A program made the position numbers and the translations under genes. The notes under the pieces were generated by a model. The model did no database searches and was not told the DNA's origin. It was given only the letters and a program-made list of their open reading frames with translations. A stretch of DNA of 63,766 nucleotides, the filler included, from Lama guanicoe (Eukaryota), in NCBI GenBank assembly GCA_013239625.1. It is 76 parts of 75 records of this genome, joined end to end, with 100 filler letters (N's around TTAATTAATTAA, not from the genome) between each part and the next. Parts side by side here need not be neighbours in the genome. Positions count along the whole stretch, not along the records: positions 1 to 829 come from PNXV01010866.1; positions 930 to 1,533 come from PNXV01010867.1; positions 1,634 to 2,095 come from PNXV01010872.1; positions 2,196 to 2,756 come from MU054933.1; positions 2,857 to 3,365 come from PNXV01010891.1; positions 3,466 to 4,053 come from MU054934.1; positions 4,154 to 4,954 come from MU054935.1; positions 5,055 to 5,979 come from PNXV01010897.1; 68 more parts are not named here. The stretch is one strand, 5' to 3'. Positions 1 to 11,196 of the stretch are shown here, piece by piece. The first letter of the stretch is position 1. The number at the start of each line of letters is the position of its first letter.

Positions 1-829
1 AAGTCCCAGTGGCAGAGGCTGCCTCCCCAAGGTCAGGAAAGGTATTTCTTGGACTTCCACGGACAGGGAACACCTGTGACTGAGGAGAGCTGCGTGGAGT
101 TGTCTCTCGAGCTCCCCCACGCACTGACAATGGTTCCGGAACCCTGAGCGTGGGGAGGTTCCACCAACGGTCGGCAGCGCGTGGGTTCCAACGGAATGGC
201 AGAGCTGGTCTCCCCTGAGGGTTTTCCTAATGTCTCTGTGCCAGGGAATGCTAGGGGGGTTTGCAGGAAATCCCAGTGTTAGAGGCTGCCTCCCCCAGGT
301 CAGGGAAGGTATTTCTCGGACTTCCCCGGACAGGGAACACCTGTGACTGAAGAGAGCTGCGTGGAGTTGTCTCTCGAGCTCCCCCACGCACTGACAATGG
401 TTCCGGAACCCTGAGCGTGGGGAGGTTCCACCAACGGAGCGTAGGTTCTAACGGAATGCCTAAGCTCGTGTCCCCTGAGGGTTTTCCTAATATCTCTGTG
501 CCAGGAATGCTAGGGGGGTTTGCAGGAAGTCCCAGGGACAGAGGCTGCCTCCCCAAGGTCAGGGAAGGTATTTCTCGGACTTCCCCGAACAGGGAACACC
601 TGTGACTGAAGAGAGCTGCGTGGAGTTGTCTCTCTACCTCCCCGACGGACTGACAATGGTACCGGAATCCTGACGGTGGGGAGGTTCCATCAATGGTGGG
701 CAGCGAGTGGGTTCTAACGGAATTGCAAAGCTCGTCTCCCCTGAGGTTATTCCAAGTTTCTCTATGCCCGGGAAGGCTATGTTGGTTTGCAGGAAGTCCC
801 AGGGACAGAGGCTGCCTCCCCAAGGTCAG
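1..829 (-). repeat. GC-rich ~267-bp tandem satellite, ~3 monomers (strand assignment arbitrary)
   Basis: AA(G/A)TCCCAG..AGAGGCTGCCTCCCC recurs at 1, 268, 527 and 794 (periods 267, 259, 267). Confidence 0.95.
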
Positions 830-929
830 NNNNNNNNNNNNNNNNNNNNNNNNNNNNNNNNNNNNNNNNNNNNTTAATTAATTAANNNNNNNNNNNNNNN
901 NNNNNNNNNNNNNNNNNNNNNNNNNNNNN
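830..929. other. Artificial scaffold-joining linker N44-TTAATTAATTAA-N44 (first of ~75 copies in the window)
   Basis: Exactly 44 N + TTAATTAATTAA + 44 N = 100 bp, repeated identically (e.g. 874, 1578, 2140 ... 63161). The 12-mer gives TAA in all six frames, and unrelated sequence lies on either side. Confidence 0.98.
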
Positions 930-1533
930 GGAAATAAGGGAATCCCCATAAAGCTCTCAGCTGATTTCTCTACACAAACACTACAGGCAACAGGGAGTGG
1001 CAAGATTTGTTCAAAGTCCTGAATGAAAAAAAGATGCAGCCTAGGATACTTTATCCAGCAAGGCTATCCTTTAGAATAGAAAAAGAGACAAAAAGAATTT
1101 CACAGACAAGCAAAAACTACAAGAGTTTAGCAACACTAAACTCATGCTAAAAGAAGTATTGAAAGATCTACTGTAAATAGAAAAATAGCAGGATGTTACA
1201 GAAATGAGAATCTCATAACTGGAAAGGTGATAACTACTCATGAATAACAAATAAAATAAACACGAAAATTTAAAAGAAGACATCTAAATCATTAAGAGTG
1301 GGAGAGGGAAGAAAGACAATATGGAGTATTTTTTCTTCTTTCTTTTTTACAATTTTTGTTCTCGGTAGGATGGGTTTAAGTTATAGTAATGGGCAAATAG
1401 ACTTGCAAAAAAGGGTAACCACAAGCAAAAACCTTACAAGGGAGTCACAAAAACTAAATAAAATCCAAGATAATACAGAGGAATATTGCCAAACCACAAA
1501 AGGAAGAAGAAAGGAACAAAGAGGAAATAACAA
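930..1533 (+). mobile_element. L1 fragment: ORF1 3' end and inter-ORF region
   Basis: Reads GIPIKLSADFSTQTLQA..EWQDLFKVLNEKKMQPRILYPARLSF..KLQEFSNTK..LKDLL* with frameshifts, which is the L1 ORF1p C-terminus. Confidence 0.9.
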
Positions 1534-2195
1534 NNNNNNNNNNNNNNNNNNNNNNNNNNNNNNNNNNNNNNNNNNNNTTAATTAATTAANNNNNNNNNNN
1601 NNNNNNNNNNNNNNNNNNNNNNNNNNNNNNNNNAGTCGGTGCCAGCTGGACCGCTGGTTGGAAGCTCCAACTCCGAGCCGGGGATCGGCCCAAAAGTTTC
1701 TTGGCTCTGTTGCCTGGTAGGCCTTTGGCACCTACCTGGAGCCGGGGCCTCTGGCTGTGGAAGTGCAATGTGGGGGGCTCCCGGGAAAGGGGTCAGGCGG
1801 CTGCAGGAGGGCGGTCCTCCTGTCAGAGCCCCCCAGGGAGCCAGTCAGCCTGTGTTCAGCTGAATTGCTCCCGCCAGACCCCTCTGCCGCGCCACCTGCC
1901 CCAGCACCCCAGCCACAGCTGTCCAGGGCCAGGTGTGTCCCTGCTGCCTCTCACCCAGCCGGGCTCCCCTCAGTCCACTGCTGGCGTCCCCTTCCCCTCT
2001 CCCACCCACGAGTCCTCTCATCCTGGGCTTTCTCTACGTGGCCACCGGCCTGTCCCAACCACTGGGCGGGCTGTGTCCCTGGCGGGCGTGGTCTGNNNNN
2101 NNNNNNNNNNNNNNNNNNNNNNNNNNNNNNNNNNNNNNNTTAATTAATTAANNNNNNNNNNNNNNNNNNNNNNNNNNNNNNNNNNNNNNNNNNNN

Positions 2196-2756
2196 TATAG
2201 AATATAGAATGATGAACCCAAAGTATAGAATATAGAATAGAAATTATAGAACCCAGTATTTAGAAAATGGAAAGCAGAATTCAGTATTTAGTATATAGAA
2301 TACAGAATACCGAATATGGATTATAGAACACGGAATGCAGAACCCAGAAACTACAATATAAAATATGGAATACTGAATATAGAATATAGAATATAGAATT
2401 TAGAACACAGAATAAAGAATATAGACTATAGTATATAGAACCCAGAATTTAGAACATGGAATGCANNNNNNNNNNNNNNNNNNNNNNNNNNNNNNNNNNN
2501 NNNNNNNNNNNNNNNNNNNNNNNNNNNNNNNNNNNNNNNNNNNNNNNNNNNNNGAATATAGAATTTAGAATATAGAATGAAGAACACAGAATATTGAATA
2601 TAGATTACAATATATAGAATCCAGAATTAGAACATGAAATGCAGAACACAGAATTGAGAATATGGAATACAGAATAGTGAATTTAGAATTTAGAATATAG
2701 AATGTATAACAGAATATAGATTATAGAATAGAGAATGTAGAACCCAGAATTTTGAA
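2196..2756 (+). repeat. AT-rich 7-bp-periodic satellite (AGAATAT/AGAATTT/AGAACAC/GGAATGC units)
   Basis: Direct 7-mer periodicity throughout. Confidence 0.93.
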
Positions 2757-4153
2757 NNNNNNNNNNNNNNNNNNNNNNNNNNNNNNNNNNNNNNNNNNNN
2801 TTAATTAATTAANNNNNNNNNNNNNNNNNNNNNNNNNNNNNNNNNNNNNNNNNNNNGCAGATATTTGTGCAAACGTTGCATTTGTTGCAGGTAAAAAAAA
2901 AATTCAGTTTTTACCCACTCACTTTTTTTTTCTGTTTGGTGTAAAAATCAAAGAAAGCAAAACTTGCCTTGGAAATAGACTTTGTCTTAACACTGAAGCA
3001 AAACAGAAACATCTGACAGTGTAATCAACTTCTTGCTGCTATGGACAAGTTTCTGTTTTATTAAAACAAAGAATTTATCTAAAACTGATTTCTGTCTCAT
3101 TGCCCAAGGCTTAAAAAGGGGAAATGAAACAGACTATGGATTGAGCAGTTGAAATATGCAGGCTAGTGTGGAAATTGGGAAATAGCAAGAGGAGGTTTTT
3201 GTTTTCCTTCTGTTTATGTAGTTGGGCAAGCTGTTCTTCACTTGTTGGGGAGAAACATTGTCATCTTGGGAAAGGGTGTGAGTGAACTGTACACTTGCCA
3301 AGACATCAGTTTTATAGGGACTCTGAGGAAATGACACTGGTGGTGAACAGGGGGTGAGTCCGTGGNNNNNNNNNNNNNNNNNNNNNNNNNNNNNNNNNNN
3401 NNNNNNNNNTTAATTAATTAANNNNNNNNNNNNNNNNNNNNNNNNNNNNNNNNNNNNNNNNNNNNAAAAAAAAAGTTGGCAGGGGAGGGGAGGTGGGCAG
3501 AGCCTGTGTGCTGGAGAGTATACAGTTTACAGGCCAGCGCCCTACATGTTGTGAAACTGTCTCCGATTTGAGACTTTAGAGGGACTGTAGGAAGGCGCCA
3601 GAACTGGAGAGTCCGGGCCTCTCCGGGCCCTGCTTTGAGGAGTTAGCAGGTGGGAGGTGAGGAGCCAGTCCGAGAGCGAATCCTCGGAGTCGTGTTAATT
3701 TTTATTCTAAAGTATAAAGGGACCAACCCAAGCCTTCACAAAATGATTTACCGTGTTTACTCCCCTCCTGTCCCTTTCCTCCCGGCACTGCGGTCCTGAG
3801 GTGAAGTTTGAGAAAAGCAGCGTATTTCCCTCCCTCTAGGCCCGCACGCTGCCCACGTGCAGACGCGGTCGCCAAGCTTTACATAGTTTAGTCTGCGGTT
3901 GATTCTTCACGAGGTTCAATACACAAAGAACTGATCCCTTTGTTTTGATCCAGGTTCAATATCGAAGGAGGTGGAGAGTGTGCCTGCGTGTTTAAGAAAG
4001 GCTTAAGTCGTGCCGATCGGGATGATGCAAGAAAATATACACGCAGCAGGAAANNNNNNNNNNNNNNNNNNNNNNNNNNNNNNNNNNNNNNNNNNNNTTA
4101 ATTAATTAANNNNNNNNNNNNNNNNNNNNNNNNNNNNNNNNNNNNNNNNNNNN

Positions 4154-4954
4154 AGGGAATACAAAGTTTCTTGTCATTTGCCAACTCCACTCGATACATA
4201 TACATATGGGGAGGAACAAGTTCCAACTCGGCATTATAGAGCAAACCGTAGGAATTTCAAACCGGCACTAGGATACAGACTGAGAAACCAGAGTAAGTGT
4301 TTCTCCTGCAACACATTCCCTTTGTGCTGGATGAATGAACGTCTGTTCACATGCTCAGTTNNNNNNNNNNNNNNNNNNNNNNNNNNNNNNNNNNNNNNNN
4401 NNNNNNNNTTTCTTTTCAGTTGCAAACTCCACTCCATACATATATATGGGGAGGAACAAGCTTCAACATTGTTTCACAGTGCAAACCTCAGGAACTTCAA
4501 ACCGGCACTAGGAAACAGACTGAGAAACCAGAGTAAGAGTTTCTCCTGCAACCCTTTCCCTTTTTGCTGGATGAACGAACATCTCACCATATGCTCAGTT
4601 CTGAGAGATAAGTGTGTGTGAAAGCCGTCCTTCACCTAGCTTGAAGGGAACACAAAGTTTCTTTTCAGTTGCAAACTCCACTCCATACATATATATGGGC
4701 AGGTACAAACTCCAACTCGGCTTTACAGTGAAAACGGCAGGCACTTCAAACCGGCACTAGGAAACAGACTGAGAAACCAGAGTAAGGGTTTCTCCTGCAA
4801 ACCGTTCCCTTTGTGCTGGATGAACGAACGTCTCTCCACATTCTCAGTTCTGAGAGATAAATGTGTCTGAAAGCCATCCTTCAGCTAGCTTGAAGGGAAT
4901 ACAAATTTCTTGTCATTTGCCAACTCCACTCGATGCATATATATGGGGAGGAAC
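4154..4954 (+). repeat. ~249-bp tandem satellite
   Basis: TCTT(T/G)TCA(G/T)TTGC.AACTCCACTC recurs at 4411, 4660 and 4908 (periods 249, 248). Confidence 0.93.
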
Positions 4955-5054
4955 NNNNNNNNNNNNNNNNNNNNNNNNNNNNNNNNNNNNNNNNNNNNTT
5001 AATTAATTAANNNNNNNNNNNNNNNNNNNNNNNNNNNNNNNNNNNNNNNNNNNN

Positions 5055-5979
5055 TACTTAGAGATACGCATTTAAAGTTCCCTTATGCCTTTTCATGACT
5101 TGACAGCTCATTTTTTAGGGCTTAATAATACTGCACCATCAGGAAGTACCATAATTTATTCATCACCTACTGAAGGGTATCTTGATTGCCCCCAAGTCTT
5201 GCCAATTATAAACAGAGCTGCTATCAACATTTGAGTGCAGGTTTTTGTGTGGACATGTTTTCAGCTCCTTTGGGTAAATACCTAGGAATGTGAGTGCTGG
5301 ATCATATCGTAAGAGTATATTTGGTTTTGTAGGAAATCATCAAACTCTGTTCCAGAATGGCTGTACCATTTTGCATTCTCAGCAGCAAACTTTGAGTGTT
5401 CCTGTTATTGCACACCCTCACTAGCGTATGGTACTGTCAGTGCCCTAGATTTTGGTCATTCTCATAGATGCCCAGTGGTGTCTCACTGTTTTAATTTGCA
5501 TTTCCCTGATGATATATTATATGGATCATCTTTTCTTTTGCTTATTTGAAATCAATGTATCTTCTTGGTTATATGTTTATTAGGATTCTTTTTTATTTAT
5601 TATAATTTTACAATGTTGTGTCAAATTCCAGTGTTCAGCACAAATTTTCAGTCATTCATGGACATATACACTCTCATTGTCACAGTTTTTCTCTCTAAGT
5701 TATCATAATATTTTGCGTATATTTCCCTGTGCTAGACAGTGTAATCTTGTTTATCTATTCTAAAATTTTGAAATCCCAGTCTAGCCCTTCCCACCCTTCA
5801 CCAACTGGTAACCAGAAGTCTATATTCTTTGTCTGTGAGTCTATTTCTGTTCTGTATTTACGCTTTGTTTTTATTTATTTGTTTGTTTTTGTTTTTTGTT
5901 TTTTAGTTTCCACAAACAAGTGATCTCATTTGGTATTTTTCTTTCTATTTCTGGCTTTCTTCACTTTGAATGATATTCT
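5055..5979 (-). mobile_element. Old L1 3' region interrupted at ~5588 by the 3' end of a second, probably younger L1
   Basis: Antisense L1 motifs (GGGTAAATACCTAGG, GGCTGTACCATTTTGCATTC, TTTAATTTGCATTTCCCTGATG), then a T-rich tail and an L1 3'UTR (ACAATGTTGTGTCAAATTCCAGTG...). Confidence 0.85.
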
Positions 5980-6079
5980 NNNNNNNNNNNNNNNNNNNNN
6001 NNNNNNNNNNNNNNNNNNNNNNNTTAATTAATTAANNNNNNNNNNNNNNNNNNNNNNNNNNNNNNNNNNNNNNNNNNNN

Positions 6080-6532
6080 ATATGTATGGGGAGGTACAAG
6101 CTCCAACTCGATTTTACGGTGAAAACTGAAGGAACTTCCATCTGGCACAGGGAAACAGACAGAGAAACCAGAGTAATTATTTATCCTGCAAACTGTTCCC
6201 TTGGTGCTAGATGAACGAATGAACGAATGTCTCTCCAAATGCTCAGTTTTGAGGGTTAAGTGTGTGTGAAAGCCGTCCATCACTTAGCTTTTGGGGAAAA
6301 CAAACTTTCTCTTCAGTTGCACAATCCAATCCATACATATGTATGGGGAGGTACAAGTTCCAACACGGTTTTACAGTGAAAACTGCAGGAACTTCAAACC
6401 GGCACTAGGAAACAGACTGAGAAACCAGAGTAAGTGTTTTTCCTGGAAACTGTTCCCTTTGTGCTAGATGAACGAACGTCTCACCACATTCTCAGTTTTG
6501 AGAGTTAAGCGTGTGTGAATGCCGTCATTCAC
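6080..6532 (+). repeat. ~249-bp satellite
   Basis: Same monomer as 4154-4954 (GGCACTAGGAAACAGACTGAGAAACCAGAGTAAG). Confidence 0.92.
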
Positions 6533-6685
6533 NNNNNNNNNNNNNNNNNNNNNNNNNNNNNNNNNNNNNNNNNNNNTTAATTAATTAANNNNNNNNNNNN
6601 NNNNNNNNNNNNNNNNNNNNNNNNNNNNNNNNTTACGTTGCATATATACATCAAATTTTCTTCATCCATTTTTCTGTCAAGTTGA

Positions 6686-7161
6686 TGTTGGGTTTGTAGG
6701 CCCCTGTCTGAAAGGCTCAAGAGAATAAGCTCATTGGCTGAACTGATAAACATGCTGTGAGGAATGTCACATATCCAGGGTGGATAAGAAATGGCCTACC
6801 CCAAATGTATCCAGTATGGATGGCTGGATAGCCTATTCTGGGTAAGATACTCAGAGGAGGACAACCTAAGATAGGCACAGCCGGCTGGATAAGAGATGGC
6901 ATACTTAATGGAGTTCCGTGATGAAATTTAAATCAATCTTTGATCATTTAACATCCTATGTTTATTGCAGGAGCATGGCGACATAAATAGCTTAAGGTTA
7001 TTAACATTGTTATAACTAAGATGATATGTGAGGTATTGTGCATGTCCGAAATAAACCCTGTTTCTAAGAATCAATAAACAGCAGAGAACTGCTTCGGTTC
7101 TCTCCACACAGAGTTTGTGTGTATATGATATCGTACCACTGACAGGCATAATTAAATTTCT
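6686..7161 (+). mobile_element. Probable ERV LTR next to a short L1 remnant
   Basis: Starts with TG. Has short internal repeats (GGATAAGAAATGGC/GGATAAGAGATGGC) and AATAAA followed by a U5-like TC/GT tract. Family not identified. Confidence 0.5.
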
Positions 7162-7261
7162 NNNNNNNNNNNNNNNNNNNNNNNNNNNNNNNNNNNNNNN
7201 NNNNNTTAATTAATTAANNNNNNNNNNNNNNNNNNNNNNNNNNNNNNNNNNNNNNNNNNNN

Positions 7262-7751
7262 GAACACAGAATTTAGAATATAGAGTACAAACTTGAATAT
7301 AGAATTTAGAGTATAGAATTCAGAACACATAATTTAGTATAGAAAATAGGGAATATAGAAGCCAGAATTTAGAACATGGAATGCAGAACACAGAATTTAG
7401 AATATAGAATACAGAATACTGAATATAGAATTTAGAATATAGAATGCAGAACACAGAATTTAGAATATAGAATACAGAATNNNNNNNNNNNNNNNNNNNN
7501 NNNNNNNNNNNNNNNNNNNNNNNNNNNNTAGAATATAGTATTCAGAATACTGAATATAGAATTTAGTATATAGAATTTAGAACACAGTATACAGAAAAAA
7601 GAATTAAGAATATAGAAACCAGAATTTAGAACATGGAATGCAGAACACTGAATTTAGAATTTATATTAAAGAATACATAATATAGAAATTAGAACATAGA
7701 AAGAGCAATACAGAATTTAGACTATGGAATACAGAATACTGAATATAGAAT
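7262..7751 (+). repeat. AT-rich 7-bp-periodic satellite
   Basis: AGAATTT AGAACAT GGAATGC AGAACAC AGAATTT AGAATAT AGAATAC units. Confidence 0.93.
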
Positions 7752-8540
7752 NNNNNNNNNNNNNNNNNNNNNNNNNNNNNNNNNNNNNNNNNNNNTTAAT
7801 TAATTAANNNNNNNNNNNNNNNNNNNNNNNNNNNNNNNNNNNNNNNNNNNNGTGTAAGTGGAATGATCTGTGTAATTTATGGATTGTGGTTTCCTAAGAA
7901 AATTGCATTCTGTCCATTTTTTTTCCTTCCATCTTCCTGCTGCCTAGGGTACACGATCACTGTGGTGGCCACCTTGGGACAAGGGATGGAAACAAACCAA
8001 CCAAAAAATACATTGTTTAGAGACATCCCATCAGCCTGGGTCCCTGGATGAGCTTGTGTAACAGCGCCTCCTGCTGGCCGTGCATCAACCACAGACTTCC
8101 TTTGTGAGGGGGGAATTAAGGTCTGTCTTAATCTCGCCACTGTGGTTTGTGNNNNNNNNNNNNNNNNNNNNNNNNNNNNNNNNNNNNNNNNNNNNNNNNN
8201 NNNTGCTGTGGAAAGTAAAAATGTGTGCACTCGGGGATGGAGAGGGTGTTACAGTGCCAAACGGACTGGGTTCCAGAGACAGCAGTTGTATGAGAATCCC
8301 GAAGCTCGAGGAGAGAAGAGAGGAGATCAGATCTGCTCAGGAAACAAATCGGCCCTAACATCACGGTGGACATAAGGCAAGGATACAAGGTGGACGGTAG
8401 CAACCAGAGATCCCAAGGAATGGGTTTTGTCTGATGCAAGCTGTGAAGGAGGATCTCTGATATTCAGGCTTAAGCTGTTTCTCGTTCTATGCTGTTATCC
8501 CCTGTGTCTTCCTCACACAGTCAGAAAACCTCTACTCCAC

Positions 8541-8754
8541 AATGAACTTAGTGTCCGAGAGTAAACAATCTTATGGTTACCAGGGAAAGGGGGTGAGAGG
8601 GGATAAATTTGGGAGTTTGAGATTCACAAATTATAACCAATATATATATAATAGGTGAAGGACAGATTTCTTCTGTACAGCACAGGGAACTATATTCGAT
8701 ATCTAAATATGAATACGAGTATATGTATATATATGCAGGACTGGGACATTGTGC
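8541..8754 (+). mobile_element. L1 3'UTR fragment
   Basis: AAACAATCTTATGGTTACCAGGG...GGGATAAATTTGGGAGTTTGAGATT...GTACAGCACAGGGAACTATATTC, typical of laurasiatherian L1 3' ends. Confidence 0.8.
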
Positions 8755-9094
8755 NNNNNNNNNNNNNNNNNNNNNNNNNNNNNNNNNNNNNNNNNNNNTT
8801 AATTAATTAANNNNNNNNNNNNNNNNNNNNNNNNNNNNNNNNNNNNNNNNNNNNACTGAAAATCAGAGTGATGTAGGGTGGGTGTAGTTTATGCAATAAA
8901 GACAAAGCAAAGAGCTAAGTCGAAGCATTTCGTCTCTAAATCAGAAAAGATGCAAGTTAACATTTTTCAGGGTTATATAAAATTTATATAATAGGTATGT
9001 GTATGTATTTTGTTTTCCACTTTACCTGACTTTTCTAATTAAGCTATGACTTTTCTAGCCTGGTATTGTCAAATAATGCGATCTATAAAACACA

Positions 9095-9720
9095 TCGCTG
9101 GCTGCCGCGGAGAGAGCGCGCCCAGCCCGCCGTGATACCCGCGAGCTCAGGGCGCCTCCTCTCGCCGCGGCCCCGGGCCCGGTCCGGCCGCCCCGCATCT
9201 GCTACTGGGGCTGCTGAGCCGGAGCGGGCGCTGGGGCGCGCGGGCACAGGAGCCGGGGGTGGGGGGGGTGCAGCGTCGGACAGGTCCCCCCCAGCCGTTG
9301 GCGGGGACGGGCAGGACCCGCACCCCAAGCACCTGTACACGGGCACGGGCACGGTCACGCGCGGCATCCAGAGCGCCGCGCACTGCGTCATGTTCTCCGC
9401 GCCCTGGTAACTGGCTGCACCGCCGGCCTGGGGCTCCAGGGGCGCGGATGGGGCCGGGGCCCCGCACTGTGCACTGGGGGGCGCGGGGAGGCGCGGGGTG
9501 GGCGGGCGCGGTCCGGGACGGAGGGGGAGAGGGCTGTCCCTGAGGGCCCAACCGTTAAAGGCCGTCCCTCAGGCTCCTGTAACCCCCACCCTTCCCCGCT
9601 ATACTCGCACCCAGGGAAGGGGAGGGGGTCGTCGCCCCTCGTGGTAGCCAGGAGCCCAGAACCCACCTGTGCCCCGCGCCCCAGCCTCCAACTTCTGGGC
9701 AGGCGGGAGGCAGCGGCCTG
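9095..9720. promoter_or_regulatory. CpG island containing a candidate coding exon (strand unresolved)
   Basis: Very GC- and CpG-dense. 9315-9406 has nearly all G/C at one codon position; plausible splice sites exist on both strands. Confidence 0.6.
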
Positions 9721-10719
9721 ATGTGAGGNNNNNNNNNNNNNNNNNNNNNNNNNNNNNNNNNNNNNNNNNNNNTTAATTAATTAANNNNNNNNNNNNNNNN
9801 NNNNNNNNNNNNNNNNNNNNNNNNNNNNGCCTCTCCCCCAGCAGGGCCTTGGGGTCTGTCCGGTTCTCTGTGGTTCCTTTTCATGCTGACTCCCCAGCCA
9901 GTGAGCGTTCTCCTAGGCCTGTCCCCACAAAACCCTTCTCTCCAAAATACAAGCACATCATGTCACAATCCTCTTGTTCAACCAGGGAATGTTCAGCCCA
10001 CTTTTTCCCTCCCCAGTTAAATACCCAACTGTCCTCCCTCCAATCCCACCATTTCTTTCTTTGTGAGAACTCTGCAGTCTCCACACACCGTCCTGAATGC
10101 AGGTGCCTTGCTGGCTGGGACCGAGATGTTTCTTTCTCACACAGCCTGTGTCCTTTCACTTTCCCCTTGTTACCTTAAAAAAGCCTTTCCTGAGTCTCCC
10201 ACCCCTCTGATGCTGAACTTCACAAAGTGCTGAGGTTACAGTCAGTATGTGCACACCTCCCAGGTTTTGGCAAGGTTCCTTCACAAGATCTTCATTAAGG
10301 AGTTGCATGAAGAAGTTTAAATAGGCTATTCTTGCATCTGAGTGGAATCTGCATAAAATTTAAATGGCTTTGAAGACTTTGAAGTGAGAGTTAACCAGGG
10401 ACAGAGATGTTGCAGGGCCTAGTCAAAAGTGTCATGAGGCAAAATGTTCCTCAAAGGCTCAGGGTGGCTTCTGAATGCAGAGTCGGCAGGGAGGAGGTGA
10501 CAGACAGTGAGTGGGGTGAGTGACACAGGGTACGCTTCCCCAACTGGGGAAGAATTGGGTTCTTTTCTAGTTTTCCAAACAATTTCTTNNNNNNNNNNNN
10601 NNNNNNNNNNNNNNNNNNNNNNNNNNNNNNNNTTAATTAATTAANNNNNNNNNNNNNNNNNNNNNNNNNNNNNNNNNNNNNNNNNNNNTGTCCATTTGTA
10701 TGTCAGTACCACACAGTCT

Positions 10720-10848
10720 TTGTTTCTGGTTTTTTTTGGGGGGGGGGACCTAGGTTTATTTACTTTTTAGAGGAGGAACTGGGGATTGAACCCAGGACCT
10801 CATGCATGCTAAGCATGTGCTCTACCACTTTGAGCTACATCCTCCCCC
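10720..10848 (-). mobile_element. tRNA-Ala-derived SINE (camelid vic-1-like) inserted in an antisense L1 fragment
   Basis: Reverse complement GGGGAGGATGTAGCTCAAAGTGGTAGAGCACATGCTTAGCATGCATGAGGTCCTGGGTTCAATCCCCAG (A and B boxes, AGC anticodon loop), then a C-run and A-rich tail. Degenerate TSD AGTACC(ACAC)AGTCT at 10705-10719 and 10850-10860. Confidence 0.88.
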
Positions 10849-11196
10849 TAGTACCAGTCTCGATTACTGCAGCTTTAGAGACAGTTTTGAAACTGGCAAG
10901 TGTGAATCCTCACACCTTGTTCTTTTTCAAGACTGTCTTGGCTATACTGGGTCTTTCGCATTTTCATAAATTGTAAATGGAGATCGTAATGTCCTTTTCT
11001 GGTTTTTCATTGCTACTGTATAGAAATATGATTATATTGTTTTTGTATTCTGTAACCTTGTTGAATTCATTTAGTTGTTCTAATAGTTTAGTTTCTNNNN
11101 NNNNNNNNNNNNNNNNNNNNNNNNNNNNNNNNNNNNNNNNTTAATTAATTAANNNNNNNNNNNNNNNNNNNNNNNNNNNNNNNNNNNNNNNNNNNN

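Noticed and set aside
251..823. 190-aa ORF and its many apparent paralogues (MGRQPLSLG...)
   Set aside because: These are translations of the 267-bp satellite. The period is a multiple of 3, so peptides recur; there are no splice signals or protein features.
1634..2095. GC-rich scaffold with several overlapping ORFs, checked for a DUX C-terminus
   Set aside because: I found no homeobox or LLxxL-type activation motif; open frames are expected at this GC content.
10780..10848. tRNA-Ala gene
   Set aside because: It has mismatched stems, a SINE-type tail and a TSD, so it is a SINE.
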